A DNA stretch of 63,612 bases, filler included, from Octopus bimaculoides (GCF_001194135.2; 7 parts of 6 records of this genome joined end to end with filler, not necessarily neighbours in it); one strand, 5' to 3'; numbered from the whole stretch's first letter, positions 25,140 to 38,257 are shown. The notes: generated by a model not told the origin, from the letters alone. Numbers and translations: made by a program.

Positions 25140-25302
25140 CGTATCTTTATCCCAAACTTCATAAGTCATGCTAGTTATTATCATTTTTATTAAACTAGCG
25201 AATAATATGATCAACATTACAAGCGGGGATATATACTTCCACATTATCAGCCAGAAGTAACCAGGACGTGTTCCAACCATTGCATGAATGTCATCTGCAA
25301 AT
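25140..25302 (-). CDS. SLC6 transporter exon (TM11): FADDIHAMVGTRPGYFWLIMWKYISPLVMLIILFASLIKMIITSMTYEVWDKDT
   Basis: F..DI..M.G..P..FW...WK.ISP motif. Acceptor after a poly-T tract (ttgtacAG), donor GTaaga; 163 nt, phase 2 to 0. Confidence 0.95.
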
Positions 25303-25856
25303 CTGTACAATGAAAAAAAAAATTGAATTATATATTTATGCATGCATGCATACACATACAATACATATACGAAGAAGTGACTTTAGCGAAAAACTAGCAC
25401 GTAAACAACACCTTCACCATAACAGTAAGTGAGCAAAAGGAAAATAAATTGATTTAATTTATCATTCTACATGAATTTAGTCACTAACATAACAAAGAAT
25501 TTTCTATCTGAAGTACAATCCCTTTTCTCATCTGAGCCTAAATACCAAAAGCCTTTTAACACCATTAACATTAAGATCAGCTATTTTTATCTAGAAAGCG
25601 TCGTTACTCTAACAGCTTCGGTCCATCGAAAAACTATGAATTCAGGAACCCTTAAAATTGCCCACTAGCTCTTTNNNNNNNNNNNNNNNNNNNNNNNNNN
25701 NNNNNNNNNNNNNNNNNNNNNNNNNNNNNNNNNNNNNNNNNNNNNNNNNNNNNNNNNNNNNNNNTTTATATAGATAGGGTGATAAATTGAATATTAATTC
25801 AATTTAAAACCAAGTGGCCTAGCATATAAAAAAATCTGAAAATTCAGAAAAAATTG

Positions 25857-26055
25857 TATTACACGTGTATAAGGGATGACCACTAGGTGGACATCCAGTA
25901 TGCTAGAAATAGGTCATCAACGACCCAACCACAAAGAAAAACAATGTTCTCCAGAAAATGTTCTGGAGAACATTATTTTTCTTTGTGATTGGGTCGTTGA
26001 TGACCTCTTTCTAGCATATTTGATGTCCACCTAGTGGTCATCCCTTATACACGTG

Positions 26056-26060
<5 letters not shown>
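25857..26060. repeat. ~200-bp foldback / MITE-like hairpin with ~100-bp arms and a ~4-nt loop
   Basis: TATTACACGTGTATAAGGGATGACCACTAGG...TTCTCCAGAA aatg TTCTGGAGAA...CCTAGTGGTCATCCCTTATACACGTGTAATA; about 5 mismatches. Confidence 0.9.
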
Positions 26061-26091
<31 letters not shown>

Positions 26092-26859
26092 CCATAAATT
26101 CCGTAAAGTATCACAAGAGAAATTACACAGGATTCATTGCAAATACTTTCAGAGCAGATATAACTAACATGAAAGCAACAGAGAATACTCCATCTCACAA
26201 TCCCAATTCGTTTGGAAAGTAAGGGACCACAGAGATAGAACAAGTTCTTATAACTTGGAAATAACTTGGAATTTAGTGAATAGATCTACACCATTCATTA
26301 ACAAGGCTGGAAAGAGATTATGCGTGACTGATATATTCCAGATCCTGAAGCAGCTATCCATGTAGGTGAATTGAAGAGCCAAAGTATTGTCTTTGTGCCA
26401 TCAGCGAAGACTATTTCTTTTGGAGTAGCACAATCTGAGAAGATACTAAAAAATTTTGGAGTCGAAATATTACCAAATCGATGGAAAGTAGTACCTCTGT
26501 GATATCGCAGGTCAAACGAAAGTGCTCTCTCCTTCATAAAAGCAGAACCCTCTAGCAGTATCAGTAGAACTACGAAGTGAATTTCTAAACAATAATCATG
26601 CTTACGTGTCATACTTGCGTCCATTGTATTGAAAATTATATATTTCCTTTTCGTAAATCAGTTGTTATCACCATGTAGCATAATCGGTTATTGATTTCAT
26701 ATAAGAATATTCTATATATAAATTCACATTTAATCATTCCCTCCCCCATAATTCAGGCTGTTATCCCTCCGCGCAAATTTCTGGTATTCGATTCAGCTCA
26801 TGAAACAACAGTATTGTTTTCATCGAATAATAGAAAAACAACTTCTAGCTTAAACTTAC

Positions 26860-27019
26860 TTGCTGAGACCATAAATATATGAGACAGACATAACTTCAGC
26901 AAATGCTATAAAAAGCAATGGTAATCCACCAGTGAATTCATCAAAGAGTACAAACGTATAACTACCCGACTGGGCTGCAAAACTGAGTGAGATCAAAAAT
27001 GACGTTAGGCACACGACAG
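26860..27019 (-). CDS. SLC6 transporter exon (TM9-TM10): (A)VVCLTSFLISLSFAAQSGSYTFVLFDEFTGGLPLLFIAFAEVMSVSYIYGLS(K)
   Basis: SG.Y...LFD.F and LL.I...E...V.YIYG motifs. Acceptor ccttttcAG, donor GTaagt; 160 nt, phase 1 to 2. Missed by the ORF track. Confidence 0.93.
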
Positions 27020-27399
27020 CTGAAAAGGGAAAAGAAATATATTAAAAGATAAGAAACAGTTATTGAATATTAATACATACACATACAAACAAGTAAATGT
27101 GTATGTATTTGTACATGTGCACGTGTGTGTGTGTGTGTGTGTTTGTGTGCGCTTGCTTGCACATGTATGTACATTTATGTGTAAATTCCTGAATAGTTTC
27201 TCTTTTTCTTGATGGTAATGGCGAAATTCAATAGAAAAGTCGAGGATATAATTTCTTTTAAAAGACTTTAGAACAAGTTATCTAAGAATATGCACAAATT
27301 ACATTTCCTTCATATATGGTCCCAATTTTCTGAGTTGCACTAGAAGAAATGCTAGCATTTGTTGAAAACTGTGTTACTGAGTTGACATCAGCAAAGCAT

Positions 27400-27800
27400 T
27401 CAACTATGCCTGCAAGCTTACGAGCAAAAATACATGCCTATGAGCTTCATCCATTTCTCGTCTCTTGGATCGGAGGCTTTCTCTCCAATCACACCAATGC
27501 ATTGAGTAATGGTATAGCATCCTCTGATCCACACTATGGACCCTGTTGTGCATAGGTTCGGTTTCCCCCTCATACTCTTTCTTCTATACATCAACAGTGT
27601 AGTTGCAGTTATGTGCAACAACCCCCGTCTGCTGAGCAGATGATACCACTACTCTTTACTCCTCTCAAACCTTTCACATCCAAGTTTCACCCGCATGCAT
27701 CCTATACACCTATCGCCAAACATATTCTATGACCTCGAAAATATTCTGCAGTGGAGCCAAATTGGGTCTGATTTAATAGCACAAAGACACAACCTCTATC
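27400..27800 (+). mobile_element. Short decayed CR1/L2-like RT fragment in an SLC6 intron
   Basis: KIHAYELHPFLVSWIGGFLSN, a degenerate P.LF..YIN, and an ADDTTL-like segment. Confidence 0.55.
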
Positions 27801-28832
27801 AAAAAAACACTGTTATGTACTCTTTAAACACGAACAACACGCAAGTAGAACCCTCAAAATTGCGACAAATAATTTTTTATACAGACGAAAGACCTTGAAT
27901 TCAAAGGAATGGAAGAATCAATTATATCAGCTCCAGCATCGGTACTTCTTTCAATCCCGAAAGGGTGAAAAGAAAAGTTGACCGTGGCGTGATTCGAACC
28001 CAGAGTGCAGAGCGCAGGAAAGAATATTGCAATATATACAAGTTGATGCTTAAATAACTTTGTTAGATCGTGGCCTTAAAGTTGCTACAAATAATAGTGT
28101 TCCTCCTTCCAGATGATCCCTCGTGGCGAACTGATATCCTCAAAAGAGCAAAGACCATATCACAGGCTCTCCTCTTCAGTGGTAGAAAAATACATTAAAA
28201 CTCCTAACAGTTACTAACACCATGCAGAATTCAGGTGTGACCTGCAATGAAATGTTGTTCCTGTATCAGGGACATTGTAGATTGTACTCTTACAAACATT
28301 TTGTATGTCTGCATAAAATGATTCGATAGAATAGATTAGAATCAATCACCAAGTCTTTCCAGTCTCTAATCAAAATATGTGTTATTTCCTTGCTCGGCCT
28401 CTTCTGTCACAATTACAGTGGTTTCTGTTCTTTGGAGATGGATGATCATGTGGCACCTACTGTTAGGCACCACAAACCACTTCACCAAGTTCTTCCTTCC
28501 TAGAACATAGCGTCCTCCGGAGTTTCCTTTTACATATGTTTTTTTTTTCTCTACAACCATTACCTTGTAGTTGATCAGGAAATAGCATTAACTGCGTCAA
28601 TCTCACCAGAATCGGAGAGCGTATGAAAGACACAGGCTTCCTCCAGACCAAATCATAAAAAAAACCTGCCATCTTAGTTCTGTTATTTGAGGGAAAATTG
28701 GCTGTTATTTCTCGTAGGTTGAACAATTATGTAGAAGCTCCCTCGTTACTTCGTCAATATAGTGATTGCTTTACTCAGACACATGAAGTTGTGTAATGTG
28801 CAGTTTTAACGTAATAATAATGCGATATTTAC

Positions 28833-29040
28833 CTGGTATAAAAAATCGATTCTGTCGAAGGAAAGGATATTTTCCAGAATCTGTGATTATTGTAGTAATG
28901 CACTCGAGAGTGCCAAACATCGAATCCAACCCAAGGGCTAGCAACATCAAGAAGAATAGTATTGCCCAAAGTGGTGAAACTGGAAACTGGTTTATTGCTT
29001 CAGTGAAAGCAATAAACGCCAAACCTGGTCCTCCAGCTGT
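28833..29040 (-). CDS. SLC6 transporter exon (TM8): [69 protein letters not shown]
   Basis: Canonical SLC6/SNF motifs GPGLAF, FTEAI, P.W..LFF.ML..LG.DS.FG..E. Acceptor gttttatAG, donor GTaaat; 208 nt, phase 0 to 1. Confidence 0.95.
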
Positions 29041-31137
29041 CTATAAAACACGTAATAAAACATTATCAAGTTGGGTAATTCAGTTGCATAATATGGCAAA
29101 CAAAACATTAACAATTAGATACAAAAATAATATTTTCTTTACATATGATTTGAGTGTATTTTTTATAATTCGTATCGCTTTCCAGAGCATATATCTAATT
29201 CACTTGCTGAAACAGCAAATATTTTAAATAATGATAATAAAAAAGACATTTAAAAATTGTTTTCTTTTGTTAAATAATCGTTGATTAAGAAATTTGCGCA
29301 GTAAATACTCAGCAATTCATGAGTAAGTACATTAAAAACAAACGGATTTAATTTCTTGAAGGCTGAATATGTTGGATGTTTGAGCTGGAATATAATAGTA
29401 GTAGTGTACAAAAATGAAAGAAGCTTAAATATCTCAATTATATTTTAGTGTTATTCCTAAGGAATGGATATATTTCAGTGTTGATTAAAAGAATCAATTT
29501 TGCGCAAGATTGTCAAGTTTTAAATCTCGTCAGATACATAGAAAGTTTTTAAATTCCATTTTTTTTTACCTTTAACAAACATGGAATTAAATATAGCAAT
29601 AACAATTGAGCAAGTAATTGCCAGCTTGGGAGGGTTTCGTAATTTACTGAAATGTTTCGTAGTAAGACGTCGGAGGATAATACAAATCTATTTATCTGAG
29701 TTGTCTCAAATATACCTTTTTCTGTAATTATCGTCTTATAAAGATAATGGAATATGGGGAGAGAGAAGTGGTGGTGACAAGGTTGAGGCATATATTTATG
29801 ATAGCTCGTTTGAAACTTCTTAAATATGTTAGAGTACCTTTATCGACTGTTTGTTTCCAATTTTAGTTATAAATTTTGTCCTTGATAAAGAAAACCAACA
29901 AGTTGATTCGACATCACAAATGATATATCTTGAAACACTAGTAAGGTATTTACTCATAAAATGTTAAAAAATTTTGTTATTGCCCGACTATAATATCTTC
30001 CAAATACATTTTCGAAACTGTTTTCTATACAATTTCCAGTTATGTAGATGGAATACCGATATTTAACGCATTGGTTCCCAAGCTTTTCACTAATAAGGAC
30101 CGCTTTATTTAAATAGATGTTCCCACGAACAGCATGCTTTTGAAATATCTATTTACTCAATAAATTTCGAACTCAGTTCATAGTCCTTCAGTACACTTTT
30201 TGTGGACGCTTTATAGTACTTGAGGTCGCTGCACAAACCGTTTAATTTACCTAATGATTCAGTTTGGACAAGAGCAAATTTAATGGCTTCTTCTAAAAAA
30301 ATTCGAAATCATGCACTTTTTCTGTCAAATAAGTTTTGTTTTTGACGTGTGTGAGGAAAAATTCCTATTTGGTTTGAAACCCAAAGATAATCGATCTCAT
30401 TTTCTCTAATTTTGTTTTTTTAAAAAAGTTATTGCAGTAGGTTTGCTCTCGTTACATCTTGAGCACTTTTAGACCTGGCACAGCCCATCCTTTTCAGGCC
30501 TGACCAAATCGATTTCTTGCAGAAAGAAAGAAAGAGGAGATAGAGAGACCGTAAAACAGAAGAATCGATCCCACTCCAAGATTGCTAATTAATTTATCGA
30601 CTCCGAAAAGATGAAAGACAAAGTTGACGGCGGTGTTATTTGAACTCAGATAATAGAGAAAAGGGTGGGATTATTGTAAAACAATCTAGCTGACCCTCTA
30701 ACGACTCGGCTAATTCGTTGGCTTACGGAAATGTTATTGAGTATTTTATAGAAGTTACAGTTCTTGGTTTCTTAATTAGAGAATTAAAATAATAATAGTT
30801 TCTTAAAAGGGAACAAAGCCACAGATTTGAATCGGAGAGGGATATAACCAATATGAATAGATATAACTAATAAATACTTAGAAATGTATTAGTAGTGAAT
30901 AATTAATGCTTTTTTTGTGGGGGGGGGGGGAGGAAAGACAAATGCTAATCACGGGTTGTTTAGAAACTAAAAATACTTCAGTTTCCATGACGCAATCGCT
31001 CTTTAGACAGAATGCCGTCTCATATATTCTATTTAGAAGACAATACATACTGAAACACGAAAGAATACGAACTTTAGAAAAAAATTCATTGGATTTTTGT
31101 AATTTCTTTACGAAGGTTATCCGTTATTTCTACTTAC

Positions 31138-31250
31138 ATTTTCTAATTCTTTATCCAAATCACAAGTGAAAGGAGCTTCCTTCGTCATGTTCTTGGTTAC
31201 TTCCATAAGTCTACTTTGACAGTCTTCAAAACTTTTGTAAGCTTTAAAAC
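31138..31250 (-). CDS. SLC6 transporter exon (end of TM7 and extracellular loop 4): GFKAYKSFEDCQSRLMEVTKNMTKEAPFTCDLDKELEN
   Basis: Acceptor ttctcctcAG, donor GTaagt; 113 nt, phase 1 in and phase 0 out. Open frame carries the GFKA...C and C.L..EL motifs and joins in frame to the TAGGPGLAF exon. Missed by the ORF track. Confidence 0.88.
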
Positions 31251-31297
31251 CTGAGGAGAACAAAAATATGCCACTCTTATTATAGAATAGAAATTAG

Positions 31298-31600
31298 TGA
31301 AGGCACGTGGCTTACAGGTTAGGGTATTCGGTTCACAATCGTGGGTTCGATTCCCGGCGGCGAGTTGTTTCCTGAACAAGACACTATATTTCACGATATT
31401 CCAGTCCACTCAGCTGGTAAAAATGAGTAGTACTTGCAATTTGAAGTGTCAGCGTTGTCGCATTCCTTGTCATGCCGAAACTCCCTGAGAACTACGTTAA
31501 GAGTACGCGTATCTGTAGAGTGCACAACCACTTGCACGTTGATTTCAAGAGCAGGCTGTTTCATTGATTGGATCAGCTGGTGCACTCGTCGTCTGGCGGA
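31298..31600 (+). mobile_element. Diverged SINE related to family C
   Basis: B box GGGTTCGATTCCC; tail is the reverse complement of the family C 3' part. Confidence 0.7.
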
Positions 31601-31749
31601 GTGCCATAATAAAAATTATTGAGTTGTAAACCTTCGAACCATCAAGCTAGCGAACTTAGGCGCGTGCTGCAGTAATTTTAGTTGAGCGTTAAAAAAATAT
31701 TTATTTCATTTAATTTTTCCTTCACAAAGTTAGAATTGGGCTCTATAGG

Positions 31750-32998
31750 CCACCCCTAACTCCTTTACTAAGCTTCAAGGAATGCCTCAACAGTATTAAG
31801 TGTTTCATCTATCAATGTCATGCTGACAAGATATTAATGATGGAGGACTTCAACTTTCCCAGTGTTGATTGGTCCCCAAGCAGCTTGAAACCAGGTTTTT
31901 CTACCTCAATCCCTGATAAGGAAGCAATGGAATTGCTTTTTGATTTCATGGATGAGTTTTTCCTGACCCAACTTCATAATGCAGACTGGGATGCGATCAA
32001 TCATGATCTTTCACACGTTGATTGAGCTTTCACGCACGCACACACCTCCACCAACATAAACACATCATGGCAGACATTGATAGATACTATAACAAGTATA
32101 TGCGCAAAACATACCCCATTAAGATCAGTAAACATATCTAAGTGCAGAATCCATACAAATAGAAGAGAAATTATCAGAAAAATAAAAAGAATTAACAAGA
32201 AAATCAACCAACTTAAATACTGTCAGCCGCAACGCACCCATTCGACTGCCATTGCATCACTCGAATGGAAAAACAACCTCCAATAAAGCATGATGACCAT
32301 CATTAACAAACAAATAGCAGCTGAGGAGAATTGGGCCATTGAAAAAATAAAACTCATAAAGTCGCTTTTTCCACTGTTGGTCCTTTGGTTCATGAGAACA
32401 ACACTACATGATGATGCAAAATCCATGTGCGAGATACTGCAGAGACAATACTGATTTGTTTTCAGTAACCCTAATGCGATTGATCTGGCTAGTATCAATG
32501 ATGTAAACCCTCAACTAACTATATCTGACATAACTTTTGGTGCTCTTGATATTCTAACAGAAATAAGATCATTCACAACTTGGCAGTAGGTCCCGATAAG
32601 TTCCCGGTCACTGTCCTGAAGATGTGTCGACATCAAATTGCACCCCTTCTAGTTGAGCTCTGGAGGAACTCACTTGACGCAGGCTGCATTCCTGATCATT
32701 TTCTTTCCCAGTCTGTCGTTCCGGTTTTGAAAAAGGGAAACAAATCTCTTGCAGCGAACTACCGTCCGATTTCACTCACCTCTCAGATCATTAAAGAATT
32801 TGAGAGGGTGGTGAGATCGCGAATAACTCACTTCCTCGAATACAACAATCTGCTGAACCAAGCAACATGGTTTCCGTGATGGTAGGGACTGCCTGTTGCA
32901 GCTTCTGCACCATTGTGATGACATTTTAAAAGATTTGGGAGGAGGCTGCAACACTGACGTCATATACCTTGATTTCAGCAAGGCATTTGACAGAGTGG
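31750..32998 (+). mobile_element. CR1/L2/Jockey-group LINE remnant (endonuclease end through RT 5' half)
   Basis: DFNFPSVDW, GPDKFP..VLK.C, PVLKKG.KS.AANYRPISLTS, DVIYLDFSKAFDRV. Confidence 0.9.
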
Positions 32999-34921
32999 NN
33001 NNNNNNNNNNNNNNNNNNNNNNNNNNNNNNNNNNNNNNNNNNNNNNNNNNNNNNNNNNNNNNNNNNNNNNNNNNNNNNNNNNNNNNNNNNNNNNNNNNAT
33101 ATATATATATATATATGCTTGTACATATGTATTTATCTTCTGAATACATTTAGTTATATGTATCGATATATATCAGTCTCTCTCTATATCAATGTGTACC
33201 TATATGTGTATATGTGTATATATGTATATATGTATATTTATATGTATGAAGCCTAATCGTGTTTATCTGCATCATTGTCTCCATTTCAGCTCACCTGGGT
33301 TTCTCTTATAGTCACTCTACCCCGCGGACCTAGTCCTCGATAAAGATTTCAGAGTTTAAGTTCAAATCATTTGAGCCCTATTACCTGTTTTCTATAATGA
33401 GCATCTCTAGCTTCCACCTTTTGACTGCATGTATGTATGTATGTATGTATGTATGTATGTATATATACACATACACACACGTACATATATACACACACAT
33501 ATATATACACACATATATATATACACACACACATATGCATACACACATATATGTATATATATATATATATNNNNNNNNNNNNNNNNNNNNNNNNNNNNNN
33601 NNNNNNNNNNNNNNTTAATTAATTAANNNNNNNNNNNNNNNNNNNNNNNNNNNNNNNNNNNNNNNNNNNNTATATATACATATATATATATATATATGCA
33701 TGTGTAATAGTGTGTACCCATGTATATGTGCATTTACATTAGCCCAAGCTGTGTGTATATGTGTATAGATCTGTGTGTGTGTGTGGGTCTGTACAGGTTT
33801 CTCCTCTGCTCTCAAAGGATCTTTGCCTTGCAAGGTACCTGATAGGCCTGCCAGTGCAGGTGCCACTTAAAAAGCATCCAACCCTTAAAATCATGTCAAA
33901 ACAGACATGGGAACCTGGTGCAGTCTTCTGTCAAGCAAGCTCCCGTCAAACTGTCCTACCCATGCCAGCATGGAAAGCAGAGATTAAATGATGATGATAA
34001 TCACACACACACACACACATTTTCTGTTATATAAATGTAAGAGAAAACTGGAAAATTTTGGTATTATTCATTCAATGTTACATGTGTTTCGTTACCAATA
34101 AACGTTACATTGGTAAACACCTCCTGGAGTATAACCCTACCAACATACTCTATCCTCATCATCATCACTGCTTTCCATGCTGGCATGGGTAGGAAGGTGT
34201 GGCAGGAAACCGGTCAGGTGCAGGGTTGTAATAAGCACACGCAACCACATATGAGAGAGAGGGCGGGGGAATGAGGGTATCACAGCATCTCAGTGCATGT
34301 GTACCAGTATCAGAGATGTACCACTGTGTAACAACAGAGAGAGTGTATGCGGTAGAGGGGGAAGAGCACAGGTATCACAATGTGCAAGGGGATAGTGGCA
34401 CAAATTAAATACAAAAACGCCCCCCCCACTTCACCCCTGCACATACATTTCTACAGTAACATTGGACCACCTACCCCCCTCGTCTACCCCTCCACTCTCA
34501 TCGTTCCATTCTGCAAAATCTCACACACACACATACACACACCTTGCCCTCCCCCACCACCACTAATTCTAATCAAATTTCCTTCCTGTTGTCTCTCCTC
34601 TGCACAGAGGCACCCAACTACATGTAGCAGTAACAGAAGCAGTGATGGTTGTGGTGGTGGTGGTGGTAGTAGTAGTGGGAATGATGGTGGTGATGGTAGT
34701 CGTAGTAGTAGTAGTGATAATAGTAGTAGTATTGGTGATGGTGGAAGCAGTGGTAGTAGTAGTAGTGATGGTGGTGGGAGTGACAGGGTGGTGATGGTAG
34801 TGGTGGTGGTAACACGGATGGTGTAGAGCTGCCAAGGCCAAAAGTTATACCTGTCACAAAACATCTCTCCCTCCCTCCCCAACAGACCTGGCAAGTAACT
34901 AAAATGGTAAAAAATATATAA

Positions 34922-35014
<93 letters not shown>

Positions 35015-35029
35015 AGAAATAAAGAAAAT

Positions 35030-35900
35030 GCAGGTGCATTTACACTTTAATTAGAAAAAGAGCTATATTTACACCTTAGAGAAGTGTTCACACCTTTAAT
35101 TTGAGGTTTAGTTACACCTTAATTAGAGCTGGTTTCATACCTTTACTAGGAGGGTGCTTACACTTCTAATTGGATGTTTAGTCGATCCCTTAATCGCAGG
35201 TATATTTACACTTTTATTACAGGTGTATTTACATGTTAATTAGAAAGATGTATTTACACCTTGATTACAGATGTGTTCACACCTTTTGTTGGAGGAATAG
35301 TTACATAAAAAACTTCACTAGGAGTGTGTTCACATTTCTAATTGGATGCTTAGCTATACCTTAATTACAGGTATATTTACATTTTAGAACTAATATTTAC
35401 ACCTTTAATTAGTTACAGGAATTTTCATACCTTCACTGGCTTCTAACCAGAAGTTTAATAACTCTTAATTGCAGAAACACAAACACTTTAATTACAGGTG
35501 TATTTCCACCTTCATTAGGTGTTTATACCATAAATGAAAATGTATTTACACCTTAATTAGAGATGTTTACACCTTAATGAGAGCTGTGTTTACATGTTTA
35601 ATTAGAAGTACAGTTACACTTTAATTAGAGATACATTCACACCTTCACTAGAGAAGTGCTCACACTTGCAGATGCATTTACACTTCAATTACAGGTGTAT
35701 TTCCCCCTTCGTTAAGAGCTTATACCATAACGGGAAATATATTTATACATTAATTACAGATATGTTTATATCGTAATTAAAGGTGTGACGGCATTCTAAT
35801 GGGATATATATTCACATCTTAATTAGAAGTGTGGGTATAGCTTAAATAGAAATGTGTTTACACCTGGGGATACAAGCCTGAATTAAGGTATATCTTAATT
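35030..35900. repeat. Degenerate AT-rich satellite, ~20-nt core (TATTTACACCTTAATTAGAG) with a ~180-200-nt higher-order period
   Basis: Core recurs throughout; blocks at about 35130/35315 and about 35485/35685 are recognisably duplicated. Confidence 0.8.
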
Positions 35901-36239
35901 AAAGGTGATCCTCAAGTACCAACTTACACAGAGGCTGACTGTACACCTTTAATGTATGTCATACACATATACAAACATATATACACACATGTATACACAT
36001 ACATACATACAATGTGATTGACCAGACTATCTGATGTTATATATCGCTGGTCACAGTGCGCTTTGCGTCATTCTAGCTTGATACTTTATCCCAGGGTTAT
36101 TCATTTACAGCTGAGTGGACTGGAATAATGTGAAATGAAATGTTTTGCTCAAGAACACAATGTGCCACCCTGGTCTGGGAATCGAACTCATGATCTAGCA
36201 ATCCTGAGTGCAACACCCAAACCATTAGGCCACGTGCCT

Positions 36240-36500
36240 TCTCACACACACACATGTATACACACATCTAGTTAGAGGCACACACACGTGTATACACACA
36301 TCTAGACAAAGGCACACACATACGCACGTATACACACATCTACAGAGGCACACACATACACACATGTATACACACATCTACACAGAGGCGCACACACACA
36401 CACGTGTATACACACATCTCATCTAGATAGAGGCACACACACGCGTGTATACACACATCTAGACGGAGGCACACATGTGCATACACACATCTAGACAGAG
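36240..36500. repeat. Minisatellite of ~34 nt (ACACACACATGTATACACACATCTAGACAGAGGC-like)
   Basis: About 7 imperfect tandem copies. Confidence 0.8.
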
Positions 36501-37132
36501 GTACACACACACGCGCGCGCACAACCTAGATGATGTACAAGACACATACACACCGAGACAGACGTGTACACACACACACACACACACACATACACATAGA
36601 TATACACACAAACAGAGCCGTATAAACACACATATACACACACCGACACAGAGGTATAGGCACACACACACACACACACTGCAAACAGCCCAAGAACCCN
36701 NNNNNNNNNNNNNNNNNNNNNNNNNNNNNNNNNNNNNNNNNNNNNNNNNNNNNNNNNNNNNNNNNNNNNNNNNNNNNNNNNNNATTTGGCAGAGTTTCTA
36801 CAGCTGGATGCCCTTCCTAACGCCACACACCGACACAGAGGTATAGGCACACACACACACACACACACTGCAAACAGCCCAAGAACCCGTACAAAAGAGT
36901 ATGGAACATAGAGAGGAAGAAGAAGAAGAGAGAGAGAGATAAATAGAAAGAATGAAAGAGTAAAAGAAATGCTGAGTTTGGAATAAAGGGGGGGCGGTGG
37001 GGGCAGTTAGCAAATTTACTTTGAAAATGAAAAAAAATGGATTTAACGAGAATTGTATTTCAGTTTCTCTCCTTACATAGTTTAATGATGTATATCCTGC
37101 TCAGGATAGACAGGAAATATATGTTTTATCTT

Positions 37133-37520
37133 TAGCTTGTTTCAGTCACTGGACTGTAGCCATGCTGGGGCACTGCCTTGAAGAATTTAGAGTCGAAAGA
37201 AAAATCAACCGCACTACCTATTTCGTTTGTTTTCTCGTTTGGTTGTTTCAAGTTGGTACTTATTCTATCAGTCTCTTTCACTCAACTGCTAAGCTATGCA
37301 GACATAAACAAACCAACACCAGTTGTCAAGCAGCCATCAGCCAGACAACCACAGGCACATGATGGGATTCTATACAGTCTCTGCCTACCAAATCCACGAC
37401 CAAGGTGCTAGTCAGCCTGTAGCTTACGGCAGAAGAAAATTGTCCAAGGTGCCATGCAGTGGGTCTGAACCTGAAACCATGTGGGTGAAAAGGGTGCTTC
37501 TTAACCACACAGCTATTCCT
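37133..37520 (-). mobile_element. SINE family A, diverged copy
   Basis: Reverse complement similarity to head and tail. Confidence 0.75.
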
Positions 37521-37999
37521 ACACCCCGCAAACACACACATACCTCTATGGCTGGTTGTATAGTGTACTGTGTATAGACAGACACAGAGATATAGCAAAA
37601 GATGGCGGTATAAGAAAGGGACAGACAGACCCAAGCAAATATGTGGTTAATTAGATATAACAAGAGACATATACATGGTGTGTGTGTGTGTGTGTGTGAA
37701 TTGGGTTGCAACGTCTTATGTCTGTAGCCTGACAGTTACCTTTGAAATTTGTTACACTAATCCCTGAGATATCTTTTCAGTATTGGTCAATGCTTCACAG
37801 ATTCAAAGGCTGAGAAGCATTCCTATACCTCCAAGAGTATCATTGGGTTTATATTTTTTTCCATGTTGCTACATGGCTATCCTTCATGGAGTAGCCATGT
37901 ACCTGCTCTAAAAAAAATACACCTGTGCTGCTTGTCCTTCTGTCATACTTTACGGCTCTCAATACCTGGCATGCAGCCATCCCATCTCAAAAACTCCCC

Positions 38000-38257
38000 C
38001 CACTCACTCAAGGAAGCTCCCTACCTTTCCATTTCTTTGTCTTGCGAGTTCTTTGAAGAACATGAAAGGGCAGAAGTAGATTTCTATCAGGAACTCTCTG
38101 CTATTATACCTGAAGTTCCAAAGCACAATTTTCTAGTGCTGGTGGGACGAAGGAAGTACATGATGCGCTTAGGAAGGACATTGATGCCAACGCTGACACA
38201 AGACCTTTGCACAGCTCTGCAGCTCATCGGATCCAGACAAACCATCCGACCAATATT
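38000..38257 (+). mobile_element. RTE-like LINE APE endonuclease fragment
   Basis: EVDFYQELSAIIPEVPKHNFLVLVG resembles the KD.FY..L...I..IPKH..L...GD motif. Confidence 0.6.

Noticed and set aside
26298-26624. 108-aa minus-strand ORF within an SLC6 intron
   Set aside because: No recognisable domain, splice sites or start context; probably decayed repeat sequence.
36645-36890. Direct duplication on both sides of an N gap (36645-36699 versus about 36830-36887)
   Set aside because: Typical overlapping contig ends around a microsatellite gap; likely an assembly artefact.
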